The notes under the pieces are model-generated. The model did not search any database. It worked only from the letters and a program-made list of their open reading frames with translations, and had not been told where the DNA came from. From positions 23,526-87,525 of the forward strand of contig JAILSC010000019.1 of assembly GCA_024697865.1 (NCBI GenBank): 64,000 nucleotides of DNA. Direction: 5' to 3'. Numbering within the stretch: the first letter of the stretch is position 1; each line of letters starts with the position of its first letter. A program made the translations under genes and the position numbers. This DNA comes from Candidatus Saccharimonadota bacterium. GTDB taxonomy: Bacteria; Patescibacteriota; Saccharimonadia; Saccharimonadales; Saccharimonadaceae. This document shows, in pieces, positions 37,261 through 46,735 of the stretch.

Positions 37261-38883
37261 TTATATCACACGCGACACTTCTTCTAAAGTAGTTTCCCCT
37301 CTCAATGCCGCTAATACCCCTTTCTGTTCTAAGGTTAACATGCCATTCTTCTTTGCAACTCTCTCAATCGCCGACGCATCCACATCTGCTACGTCTCCTC
37401 GGATAAACGCCTGGATATCTTCGCCCACTATTAATTGCTCCATGATTACCGTCCGTCCACTATAACCAAACGGATCCGCATCGCTAGTTACCGCATCATA
37501 TAAAGTAATCTCGTTCAGATTCAAGCCTATTAATTTATTTTCCGGTACACCGTTCAATACTTTTCTTATGTAATTGATTTCTGCCTCTGTCGCTGGTCGC
37601 GGCTTTTTAGAGTCGGCCAACTTTCTCACTAATCTCTGTGCCACCACCAAACGAATCGAACTTGAGAATATCGGATTTACACCAATTAAATCAATCATTC
37701 TAGAAAACGCAGCCGCAGTTGAGTTCGCGTGAAAACTCGATAACACTAAATGCCCAGTAATCGAAGCCTGAATTGCGGTCTTAGCTGTATCTGCGTCTCG
37801 AATCTCGCCCACCATTACTACATCTGGATCTAAACGTAATACCGATCTCAACCCTTCCGCAAATGAACCACCATCATTAGTGTGGATTGGAATTTGCGAA
37901 ATTCCCGTAATGCCATATTCAATCGGGTCTTCCAAGGTAATAATTTTTCGATCTGAAGTGTTCAACGCGTTCAACATTGAATACAGAGTCGTAGATTTAC
38001 CTGAACCCGTCGGCCCCACCATCAACACTAATCCTCGTGGATGCGAAATCACTTCATCAATTTCAGCGCGTTCTTCTTTTGAAAGCCCCAAAAGATCCAA
38101 ATTAAGCAGCGACTCGTCAAAATTAAACAACCTTAGTACCGCGTCTTGTCCATACATTGTCGGAATTGTTTCTACACGAATATTCAGAATATGGGTTGCT
38201 CCATCTCGATGAATTTCTTTCTGCATATGCCCCGACTGTGGCTTATTTGACGCCATCGAAACATTCGCTCGCGAAGATAATTCCCCCATAAATATTCGGT
38301 AACGGTCCTTATCGATATTTGCTACCGGATGCAAAATTCCATCCACCCGCATCCGAATTCGAATTTCTCCTCGCATATTTTCAATATGGATATCGGAAGC
38401 TCCCAACTTATCTGCTTGATCAATTAGAAAATCAAAGACGCTCTCCGTCGATACCATATTCAAGGTTCGTGAAACGCTGGCAATCGTTTCCGAATCCCCT
38501 TCGCCTGCAATCTTGATGTCATCATATTTTACTACTTTCGGCGGATCGTATCTCAACATAAATACTTTATATGCCGAATTGGAAATCAAAAAGAAATCTG
38601 CTTTCTCACCTTCGTCTGTATATTCTTGTCGCATTCGTTCAATCACAGATCTTGGCGTCTGGCTAGTCACCATAAACTGATAATGTTCTTCGCCTCCACC
38701 CTGTTGCAACGGGATGATATGATCTCTATGCATTTGTGCTATATCTAGCAAATCTGGCACTAAGGCGATTTCGTTCTCGAAGCTTCGGGTATCTAAATAC
38801 GGTAAACTCAGGATTCTTGCTCGATCCGCCGTCGCTCTCTCTTCGTTATCACGCCTTTTCAACTGAATTTCATTTTCATCCAT
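37261..38883 (-). CDS. pilB: GspE/PilB-family type IV pilus assembly ATPase
   Basis: ASDIHIE, RMRVDGIL, GPTGSGKSTTLY, TLEDPIEY, LRLDPDVVMVGEIRD, TGHLV.SSFHAN. Confidence 0.9.
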   Translation of the reverse strand: MDENEIQLKRRDNEERATADRARILSLPYLDTRSFENEIALVPDLLDIAQMHRDHIIPLQQGGGEEHYQFMVTSQTPRSVIERMRQEYTDEGEKADFFLISNSAYKVFMLRYDPPKVVKYDDIKIAGEGDSETIASVSRTLNMVSTESVFDFLIDQADKLGASDIHIENMRGEIRIRMRVDGILHPVANIDKDRYRIFMGELSSRANVSMASNKPQSGHMQKEIHRDGATHILNIRVETIPTMYGQDAVLRLFNFDESLLNLDLLGLSKEERAEIDEVISHPRGLVLMVGPTGSGKSTTLYSMLNALNTSDRKIITLEDPIEYGITGISQIPIHTNDGGSFAEGLRSVLRLDPDVVMVGEIRDADTAKTAIQASITGHLVLSSFHANSTAAAFSRMIDLIGVNPIFSSSIRLVVAQRLVRKLADSKKPRPATEAEINYIRKVLNGVPENKLIGLNLNEITLYDAVTSDADPFGYSGRTVIMEQLIVGEDIQAFIRGDVADVDASAIERVAKKNGMLTLEQKGVLAALRGETTLEEVSRVI

Positions 38884-38917
38884 ACCATAATTATAGCATA
38901 AGTGTTATAATATGGTT

Positions 38918-39298
38918 ATGGCAATTGCTGAAATGTTTTTGTGGTGGTACGCTCATGGTTGGTCCGTCTTTATTCAAAAAATCAAAATCGGCCTCACCAA
39001 TATCACTGATTTTTTCTCTATGAGCGATCTAATTCGGACTCTCTTTCAGCCTTTCCGTCAAATCTCCGCTGATTCCGCCACTATTGACTCTTCAATCGAT
39101 CTTAAATTTCACATGTTTATTGACCGTCTCGTTTCTCGCATTGTAGGGTTTTGTTCTCGTTTAATTCTTCTAGTTGCCGGAACTATAATTATTATCGTCG
39201 GCGGTCTATTCAGTCTTGTTCTAATTATTCTCTGGCCTTTTATCCCCCTTATTCCCATCGTTGGTATTATACTAACCATTATTGGAGTTACCCTATGA
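38918..39298 (+). CDS. Hypothetical membrane protein coupled to the Clp-like ATPase
   Basis: Hydrophobic C-terminal hairpin; ATG 38918 lies 6 nt after TGTTATAAT. Confidence 0.7.
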   Translation: MAIAEMFLWWYAHGWSVFIQKIKIGLTNITDFFSMSDLIRTLFQPFRQISADSATIDSSIDLKFHMFIDRLVSRIVGFCSRLILLVAGTIIIIVGGLFSLVLIILWPFIPLIPIVGIILTIIGVTL

Positions 39299-41679
39299 AT
39301 ACTACTTTCGATCCTAAAAATCCTCGCGTCCATCAGGCTCATGAGAAACGCATTTTCAACCATCCTCCCGTTATCATTCTCAATGTTTTTCTTTTCTCGG
39401 CTTTGCTGATTGGCGGCATTGCTCTCCTCATTTTTAAAATGTCCATCGGCTGGACCCTGATCGGCTTTTCTATTCTTCCGCTCATGTTAATTTTCTGGAT
39501 CAAAAATGCTCTCGCTGAGATCCCTCTTGGCAAATCAGATGATTTTACCGACCTTCTCTCTGAAGATTTGTTGCTGAACCTCAAAGCCCAACTTACTCCG
39601 GCCGAACTAGTTAAAGTCCCCGCCAAAACTCATAGCGGCATGTTTCTCATGGCTCGTTTTGGTCTCACCATTCCGTTCTTTGATCAAATTGCTAGCTACC
39701 TACCCACCTCTACCGAGCCAATCTACGCTTCCGCCATTAAAATCCGCGACCGCACCAACTCCAAAGCCATCACCGGCGCCGTACTTGCCGTCGCCATCAT
39801 CGAAAATCTTCCCAGATTCGAACAAGTCCTCAGTCACTCCAAATTAACAATTGCCGATCTCGATCAAGGTATTATTTGGTTCAATCACCTCAATGGCATC
39901 GTTCGCGGCAACAAAAAACACCCTCACACTGGTGGCGTTGCTCGGGATTTTGCCTTTGGCTTTACTCCTACTTTACAAAGATTCGCCATTAATCTCTCTA
40001 CTCGCTATACCGGCTCAGCCAATAAAATCCTACAAGCCGAAAACACCGAAATCATCAACAAAATTATTGATATCTTCTCTCACCCCGGTCGACAAAATGT
40101 TGCCCTCATTGGGCCCTACGGCTCTGGTCGTTCCAGCCTAGTTCAAGCTTTCGCTGAAACTCTTATGAACGCCGACACCAAAATCCCCACCAACTTAAAA
40201 TATCGTCAAATTTACTCCCTTGACGCCCCCAGCCTTATTTCTGCCACCAAAAATCCAAGTGAAATTGAATATTTGATGATCAGAATCTTCAACGAAATCT
40301 ATTCCGCTAAAAATATCATTCTTTGTCTTGATAACGCTCATCTCTTCTTTGAGGAAGGCCCTGGCTCAGTTGATATTTCTAACCTTCTTACCCCCATTCT
40401 TGAAGCCGGACGCATCCGAATTATTATGATTATGGACGATCAAAAATTCCTCGAAATCTCTGCTAAAAATTCTGCCCTAGCTAATTCCCTAAATCGTATC
40501 GTTGTTCATCCTGCCGACCGCGAAGAAACTCTCAAAATTCTCATGGACCGAATCCCTATCCTTGAACATCAAAAAGGCGTAGTTTATACTTATCGCGCTC
40601 TAACTGAAGCCTATCGCCTAAGCGAACAATATATTCATGATGTTGAAATGCCAGGCAAAGCCAAATTACTCCTAGAGTCCGCTGCCAGTTTTGCTGATCG
40701 TGGTCTGGTCACTGCCGATTCCGTTCAAACTGCCGTCGAAAAATCATATGGCGTCAAAGTCAAAGTCGCCGATCAGGCCGAAGACAAAGACAAACTCTTA
40801 AATCTTGAGCAGTTAATTCATGATCGTATGATTGACCAAGAGGAAGCCGTCTCTGCCGTCGCCAATGCCTTGCGTCGCGCCGGTGCTGGCGTCAGGAATC
40901 AATCTCGCCCTATTGGGACTTTCCTCTTCCTTGGTCCTACCGGTGTAGGCAAAACCGAGCTCGCTAAGACCCTTTCCGAAGTTTATTTCAACGGTGAAAA
41001 CAACATCATTCGTCTCGATATGAACGAATTTGTTTCCGCTGACGACGTTAATCGTCTCATTCGTGACGGCGCCACCGACCCTCTCAGCCTTACGGCTCAA
41101 GTCATGAAACAACCCTTCGCCGTGGTATTGCTCGACGAAATCGAAAAAGCCCATCCCTCCGTCCTTACTACTCTCTTACAAGTACTCGATGAGGGCATTC
41201 TTCGTGATGAAAAAAATCGCGAAGTTTCTTTCCGCGACACCATCATCATCGCCACGTCTAACGCTGGCGCTAACGAAATCCGTGAGAAAATCACTGCCGG
41301 CGAACAAATCAATAATTTCAAAGAATCATTTATCGAACAGCTTATCACCTCCAATCAGTTCAAACCCGAATTCTTAAACCGTTTCGACGAAGTCTGTCTT
41401 TTTAAACCACTCTCTAAAGAAGATCTACTCGGCGTACTTGATCTCATTATTGCTTCCACCAACAAGACTTTGGAGCCTCAGAAAATCTCCGTTCAACTTA
41501 CCCCTGAAGCCAAACAACTCTTAATTAACAAAGGCTATGATCCTAAAATGGGAGCTCGCCCCATGCGTCGCATTGTGCAAAAAACCGTTGAAAACATCGT
41601 TGCTGCTTCCATTCTTTCCGGCACCGCTCAGCCCGGCTCTACCCTCATTATTACCGAAAACGAAATTAATAGTATTTAA
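39295..41679 (+). CDS. ClpA/ClpB-like AAA+ ATPase with N-terminal TM helices
   Basis: D2: RPIGTFLFLGPTGVGKTELAK, LLDEIEKAH, FKPEFLNRFD, GARPMRR. D1 degenerate. Start MNTTF at 39295. Confidence 0.88.
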   Translation: MNTTFDPKNPRVHQAHEKRIFNHPPVIILNVFLFSALLIGGIALLIFKMSIGWTLIGFSILPLMLIFWIKNALAEIPLGKSDDFTDLLSEDLLLNLKAQLTPAELVKVPAKTHSGMFLMARFGLTIPFFDQIASYLPTSTEPIYASAIKIRDRTNSKAITGAVLAVAIIENLPRFEQVLSHSKLTIADLDQGIIWFNHLNGIVRGNKKHPHTGGVARDFAFGFTPTLQRFAINLSTRYTGSANKILQAENTEIINKIIDIFSHPGRQNVALIGPYGSGRSSLVQAFAETLMNADTKIPTNLKYRQIYSLDAPSLISATKNPSEIEYLMIRIFNEIYSAKNIILCLDNAHLFFEEGPGSVDISNLLTPILEAGRIRIIMIMDDQKFLEISAKNSALANSLNRIVVHPADREETLKILMDRIPILEHQKGVVYTYRALTEAYRLSEQYIHDVEMPGKAKLLLESAASFADRGLVTADSVQTAVEKSYGVKVKVADQAEDKDKLLNLEQLIHDRMIDQEEAVSAVANALRRAGAGVRNQSRPIGTFLFLGPTGVGKTELAKTLSEVYFNGENNIIRLDMNEFVSADDVNRLIRDGATDPLSLTAQVMKQPFAVVLLDEIEKAHPSVLTTLLQVLDEGILRDEKNREVSFRDTIIIATSNAGANEIREKITAGEQINNFKESFIEQLITSNQFKPEFLNRFDEVCLFKPLSKEDLLGVLDLIIASTNKTLEPQKISVQLTPEAKQLLINKGYDPKMGARPMRRIVQKTVENIVAASILSGTAQPGSTLIITENEINSI

Positions 41680-43312
41680 TACTTTTCAGGAATTTAGTAA
41701 ATAGTGGGTGCACCGACAGCGGTCGTGATTTAAATTCCGGATGCGCTTGTGTCGCTACAAAGAATTTACACTTAGGTGCTTCGACGAATTCTACTAGTTT
41801 TCCATTTGGCGAAGTCCCCGACACGATCAAACCGCCTTTTTCTATTTCTGGCAAAAACTTCTGGTTCACCTCATAGCGATGACGATGCCGCTCCACCGTC
41901 CGTACATCTCCATTTTTCAAAACCTCCGTTCCGTCAATATAATGTTCTTTCTTTAAAGCCTCCACATAAGCCTCGGCTGTCCCCGTTCCTTTTTTCAATA
42001 CTGCCTCATAATCACCCAGCCGCATTGTTCCGCCAGTCGATTCTTTTCCTTTTTGGCCTTCCATAATATAAATCACGTTATTGTCATCTTTTTCGCTGGC
42101 CCCAAACTCTTCTGAGTTCGCTTTCTTGACTCCTCCAAGTCTTGCCGCCGCAATACAAGCCGTTTGCATGCCTAAGCAAAGTCCCAAATATGGCTTATCA
42201 TTCTCTAACGCATACGTAGCAGCTTTAATTTTACCTTCTACGCCTCGTGTGCCAAACCCACCCGGCACTACAATTCCGTCCACATTATCTAGATCTTTTT
42301 TGGTTACTTTTTCTGCATTCAGCCATTTAATCTCTAGATTTACTTCCGCCCAAGCCGCTGCCGCCTTCAAAGCCTCCGTCACGCACATATAAGTATCGTC
42401 ATTTCCGACATACTTTGCTACCAACCCCACCTTTATAGTCTTATCATGTTTAGCTGCTCGTCTCTTCGAAAACTTTTTCCATTCTCGCATATCTGGTTCC
42501 GTTTCATCATCCACAAAGTCATTTAGAATCGGTAATACTCCACTTTTCAACACGTTAAACGGGACATCATACACACTATCGATATCTGGCAAATTTAATA
42601 CTGCTTCTCCCGGAATGCCTGAAAAAGCTGCAATCTTTTCGCAAATTGCTCTCGGGCATGGTTCTTCTGTTCGTACACAAACGATATCCGGAATAATCCC
42701 GAAACCTCTTAGATCTTTCAACGCATTTTGCGCCGGTTTAGTTTTCAATTCGTTCGAAGTATGAATAAATGGCACGTACACTACCGAGACATACAGACAA
42801 TTTCGTCGCCCCACCTTGTTAGCAAATAATCGAATCGCCTCGACAAACGGCAAACCTTCATAATCGCCTATTGTTCCTCCAATTTCTACAATGTGAATAT
42901 CACTATCTTCAGAAGCCTTCTCGATCTTCTCGCAGACTAGTCCAGTAAAGTGCGGGACTAACTGCACCGTCTTACCATGAAATCCACCCGACCGTTCTCT
43001 TTCAATCAATTCTTTATAAATTGACCCCGACAAAGTAATTGAATATTTACTAGTCTCAAAATCCAAAAATCTCTCATAGTGCCCAAGGTCAAGATCGGTT
43101 TCCACTCCATCGTGCGTCACATAACATTCACCGTGCTCTACTGGATTTAAAAGCCCCGCATCCACATTCAGATACGGGTCACATTTTTGCATCGTCACCT
43201 TAAAGCCCTTAGCTTTTAAGATTGCCCCCATAGATGCAGCAGTAATTCCTTTGCCTACACCTGACAATACTCCCCCCGTCACAAAGATATATTTACATTT
43301 TTTATTTTTCAT
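41666..43312 (-). CDS. pyrG: CTP synthase
   Basis: GGVLSGVGKG, DPYLNVD, EIGGTIGD, KTKPAQ, GLCLGMQ, RHRHRYE, QAHPE; ATG 43312 follows SD GGAGG. Confidence 0.98.
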   Translation of the reverse strand: MKNKKCKYIFVTGGVLSGVGKGITAASMGAILKAKGFKVTMQKCDPYLNVDAGLLNPVEHGECYVTHDGVETDLDLGHYERFLDFETSKYSITLSGSIYKELIERERSGGFHGKTVQLVPHFTGLVCEKIEKASEDSDIHIVEIGGTIGDYEGLPFVEAIRLFANKVGRRNCLYVSVVYVPFIHTSNELKTKPAQNALKDLRGFGIIPDIVCVRTEEPCPRAICEKIAAFSGIPGEAVLNLPDIDSVYDVPFNVLKSGVLPILNDFVDDETEPDMREWKKFSKRRAAKHDKTIKVGLVAKYVGNDDTYMCVTEALKAAAAWAEVNLEIKWLNAEKVTKKDLDNVDGIVVPGGFGTRGVEGKIKAATYALENDKPYLGLCLGMQTACIAAARLGGVKKANSEEFGASEKDDNNVIYIMEGQKGKESTGGTMRLGDYEAVLKKGTGTAEAYVEALKKEHYIDGTEVLKNGDVRTVERHRHRYEVNQKFLPEIEKGGLIVSGTSPNGKLVEFVEAPKCKFFVATQAHPEFKSRPLSVHPLFTKFLKSIKYY

Positions 43313-43479
43313 TTTTTCGGGCACCTCCTCCGCCCACCAGTTATGTTTATGACCTATTTATATCCATTTTACCACAAAAAACACAATCATAAACATAAAA
43401 AATGGCGAATAACAGGATATTCATCCTAGTTCTTCTCTTCAGATTACCAAATCCAAAGCAAGCTTTGGATTTACTAACC

Positions 43480-43576
43480 TGGCGGAAAGGACAGGATTCG
43501 CACCGAAGGTCCGAATCCCCAACTAAAAAAGTCTACTGGAGACGACGGATTAACTTGGCGGAAAGGACAGGATTCG
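43480..43576. repeat. 21-bp direct repeat of the tRNA-Ser 3' end separated by a 55-bp insert (core family 3)
   Basis: TGGCGGAAAGGACAGGATTCG at 43480-43500 and 43556-43576. Confidence 0.9.
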
Positions 43577-43641
43577 AACCTGCGGACGTTTCCGTCTCTG
43601 GTTTTCAAGACCAGTGCCTTCAACCACTCGGCCACCTTTCC
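43556..43641 (-). tRNA. tRNA-Ser(TGA)
   Basis: Cloverleaf with long variable arm; CTGGT-CTTGAAA-ACCAG; G73; CCA. Confidence 0.95.
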
Positions 43642-43687
43642 ATTTTCTATTATACCATAATTCCCTAAAATATGTTATAATATCTCT

Positions 43688-43792
43688 ATGGCAAGAAAAA
43701 TTAAGATGAAACCGGTTAGTAAACAAAACCGCAACAATAATCACAAACACAGCGACAAACGTCAACATCCGCGTTTAAAGAATGGTCGCTAA
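43688..43792 (+). CDS. Candidate 34-aa highly basic protein MARKIKMKPVSKQNRNNNHKHSDKRQHPRLKNGR
   Basis: ATG 6 nt after TGTTATAAT, the same geometry as confirmed genes here; fills the gap up to the ftsA stop. Confidence 0.6.
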   Translation: MARKIKMKPVSKQNRNNNHKHSDKRQHPRLKNGR

Positions 43793-43794
43793 AC

Positions 43795-45039
43795 TTAAAA
43801 CTTCGAGAAAATCCGCTTCAATAAGCCGGATTTTTTCTCACCCTTATTTTTATTGCTCAACTTAAAACCTTTTTTGGCTGCTGGAGCCGCATAACTAGCA
43901 TCCTCTGCCGCCAACATCGCCAGTCCTACTGCTGTAGCAAATTCAGGTTTTTGTACAGCCTCCGCTACACCATTTAATCCAGATGGTTTACCGATCTTTA
44001 CTGCTGCTTCGAGAATTTTCTTTGCAAATAGTTCAATATCACGCATCTTCGCACCACCGCCCACTAAGATAACTCCCTCCGGTAATCTCTGGTCGTATTT
44101 TGCCGCCTTCAACTTCTTGCGTACTTCTTCGAAAATTTCTGAAAGTCTAGCTTTAACTACCTCTTCCACTTCCTTTCGGTCAAAGGCTCGTTCATTATTT
44201 TTACCATTACCCACCTTAATCGCTAAACTTTTTTCCGTATCAAAATCACCCGTAATAAAACGCGTTTTAATCTCTTCTGCTAATTCTGGCTCGATAGCTA
44301 AAACTATCGCTAAGTCATTCGTAATATTATTCGACCCCGCCGGCACCACCCCTACATATTGCAAATCACCCTCCTCGTATACCGCCACTGACGTCGTTGC
44401 TGCCCCCATGTTTACTACTGCTACGCCATTTTCTCTTTGCCTGTCAGAAAGTACGGCTTTAGCTGCCGCCACTACTTCCGGCACCAGACGTTCCGCCTTT
44501 ACATCGGCCGTCATCGTAGCTCGCTTCAAATTTTCACAATTCGGCGAAAGCGCCGAAATCACACAAGCACGCATTTCTAAACGAGACCCTGCCATACCTA
44601 ATGGATTTTTAATTCCGCCTTGTCCATCCAAGGCATATTCCAAAGGTATCACGTCTAGTACATCTCGATTTGCCGGAATTCGCCCCGTCACTGCTACCCC
44701 CTCCACGCGGTCCAAATCCTCATCAACAATTTCATGGTCTGCCGCTCCCACCGCGATCATTCCTTCGGTATGAGTGGAAATCACCGTTGAACCATTAATT
44801 GACACATAAGCATTCCGTACATCGTAGCCCCCCATCCTTTCGGCATCCCCCAACATCTTGTCGATGGCCTCTGCTGGACCCGCCAAATTTGCCGGAATCC
44901 CCTTCCGCATCCCTGCTGATTTTCCTTCATTATATCCCACAATCGCAATTTCACCATCTTTATTAACCGTTGCAATCACAGCCCGCACATTCTCTGTCCC
45001 TACATCTAGTCCAGTTACGAAATTCTTATTTTCATCCAT
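43795..45039 (-). CDS. ftsA: Cell division protein FtsA
   Basis: GLDVGT..V.AVIA, VVNMGAATT, AGSNNITNDLA, GVILVGGGA. Confidence 0.95.
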   Translation of the reverse strand: MDENKNFVTGLDVGTENVRAVIATVNKDGEIAIVGYNEGKSAGMRKGIPANLAGPAEAIDKMLGDAERMGGYDVRNAYVSINGSTVISTHTEGMIAVGAADHEIVDEDLDRVEGVAVTGRIPANRDVLDVIPLEYALDGQGGIKNPLGMAGSRLEMRACVISALSPNCENLKRATMTADVKAERLVPEVVAAAKAVLSDRQRENGVAVVNMGAATTSVAVYEEGDLQYVGVVPAGSNNITNDLAIVLAIEPELAEEIKTRFITGDFDTEKSLAIKVGNGKNNERAFDRKEVEEVVKARLSEIFEEVRKKLKAAKYDQRLPEGVILVGGGAKMRDIELFAKKILEAAVKIGKPSGLNGVAEAVQKPEFATAVGLAMLAAEDASYAAPAAKKGFKLSNKNKGEKKSGLLKRIFSKF

Positions 45040-45056
45040 AAGCTTATTATATCACA

Positions 45057-45833
45057 TTAATCTGGCAAAGTTAAAACTTCGTATCCGTCGGCTGTTACCA
45101 ATATCGTATGTTCACAGTGGCAGCCAATCGAACCGTCTTTCATCTTCACGCTCCAACCGTCATCTTTATCTACATAATTCGCTGGCTTGCCTAAACATGA
45201 CATTGGCTCAATACAAATAGTATCTCCCTCTACTAGTTTATATCCTGTGCCCTTGCGTCCATAGTTCGGGACTTCCGGCGCCTGGTGCATTTTTTTATCA
45301 ATCCCGTGACCGATATAGTTTTCAATTACCCCCAAATGTCCTTTTCTTAAAACTTTCTCTACCGCATGACCAATATCGCCAATATGCGCCCCCGGTCTCA
45401 CTTGCTCAATTCCTTCCCACAATGACGATTCGGTTACCGAAATCATTTTTTTCACTGCCGGCGACCCGGTATCGCCCACTAACATCGTAAACGCTGCATC
45501 CACATAATAACCCTTGTAGGAAATCACTTCATCAAACGAAACTTTGTCTCCTTCTTCTAATACTTCGTCCGACGGTGCCCCATGCACTAGTTGATCATTA
45601 ATTGATATACAGATCGCTCCCGGAAAATCTTCATCTAAATCGTCATATGCCACCCCTGCTCCTCGTCGAACAATCTCTTTTCTCACCCAAGCATCGATCT
45701 CTTTTCCAGTCATTCCTGGCTCCACATATTCTTTCAAGTCTCTAAGTAGATTTCCCAAAATCTTCCCCCCTTCTCGCATTGCAACAATCTTCTTTGCCAA
45801 CTCTTCTGACGTGCTATTCTCTTTATTCACCAT
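45057..45833 (-). CDS. map: Methionine aminopeptidase type I
   Basis: CISIND..VHGAP, Y.GHGI...MH..P, EPM, HCEHTI; start could be 45833 or 45854. Confidence 0.95.
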   Translation of the reverse strand: MVNKENSTSEELAKKIVAMREGGKILGNLLRDLKEYVEPGMTGKEIDAWVRKEIVRRGAGVAYDDLDEDFPGAICISINDQLVHGAPSDEVLEEGDKVSFDEVISYKGYYVDAAFTMLVGDTGSPAVKKMISVTESSLWEGIEQVRPGAHIGDIGHAVEKVLRKGHLGVIENYIGHGIDKKMHQAPEVPNYGRKGTGYKLVEGDTICIEPMSCLGKPANYVDKDDGWSVKMKDGSIGCHCEHTILVTADGYEVLTLPD

Positions 45834-46416
45834 AACTTCGCTCGATTTCTCCACCGTTTACGTCTTCATTTTGTTCAATGGCCTCAGGATCTAATCGCTT
45901 TACAGCATCCACCAACCTATCCGTCACTTCGCCAACTTTACCTACGCCATCTACATGCACTACTTGTACTCCAGCTTCTTCAAACATTTTTACGATTGGT
46001 GGAATATTTTCCTCAAATGCTTTAAACCGACGTTCAATACTTGCTCGTTCTTTATCGTCATCCCGCCCCCTTAATTCCAATCTTTTCAGCAGCTCTTCTC
46101 TTGGCACGTCCAACATCGCCGCCCCATTTATCTTGTCTATCATGTTTTCTACTATGTATTTAGCCTGCGTCGCACTGCGTGGATATCCGTCCAAAATCAC
46201 TTCAAATCCTTCGTCCTCTGCTTTCTCGATCTGTCTATTCATTAAATTAATTACATCTTCATCGGGGATCAATTTTCCACTGTCGGTCAATTCCCTGTAT
46301 TCGCCAGTCTGTCGAATCACTTCTCCTACGGATAACCACCGCCAGCCAAAAATTTCTGCTAACGCTCGGCCCTGAGTTCCTTTGCCAGATCCTGCCAAAC
46401 CAAATAATATTATCAT
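45823..46416 (-). CDS. adk: Adenylate kinase (short, no zinc lid)
   Basis: FGLAGSGKGTQ, LDGYPR, RGRDDD; ATG 46416 after AGGAG. Confidence 0.85.
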   Translation of the reverse strand: MIILFGLAGSGKGTQGRALAEIFGWRWLSVGEVIRQTGEYRELTDSGKLIPDEDVINLMNRQIEKAEDEGFEVILDGYPRSATQAKYIVENMIDKINGAAMLDVPREELLKRLELRGRDDDKERASIERRFKAFEENIPPIVKMFEEAGVQVVHVDGVGKVGEVTDRLVDAVKRLDPEAIEQNEDVNGGEIERSYGE

Positions 46417-46470
46417 TTCTATCTCCTTTTTTCCATTATACCTCAAAAATATCCCCTCTCGGGGATATTT

Positions 46471-46689
46471 TTACCTAAGTCCTAGCTTGATTCGCTCGGT
46501 CTTCTCGGCTTTGCGTTTCTCGCGAATAATTGCCTTCAATCTACGTTCACGTTTTGAAATAGGTTTAGAAAATCGCATCTGTGATTTCTTCAAAGGCATC
46601 ATTCCGCTTTGCAAAACCTTTCGGTTAAAGCGTCGAATGATATTCTCATTCGCTTCCCCTTGATCTTTTCTTGTAACTTTTATAGCCAT
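46471..46689 (-). CDS. rpsU: 30S ribosomal protein S21
   Basis: E..ENIIRRFNRKV..SG......F.KP.SKRERR. Confidence 0.85.
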   Translation of the reverse strand: MAIKVTRKDQGEANENIIRRFNRKVLQSGMMPLKKSQMRFSKPISKRERRLKAIIREKRKAEKTERIKLGLR

Positions 46690-46735
46690 ATTCTCCACAT
46701 TATATCACACCTTGGCGTTTTCCGCAAGATGTTAA

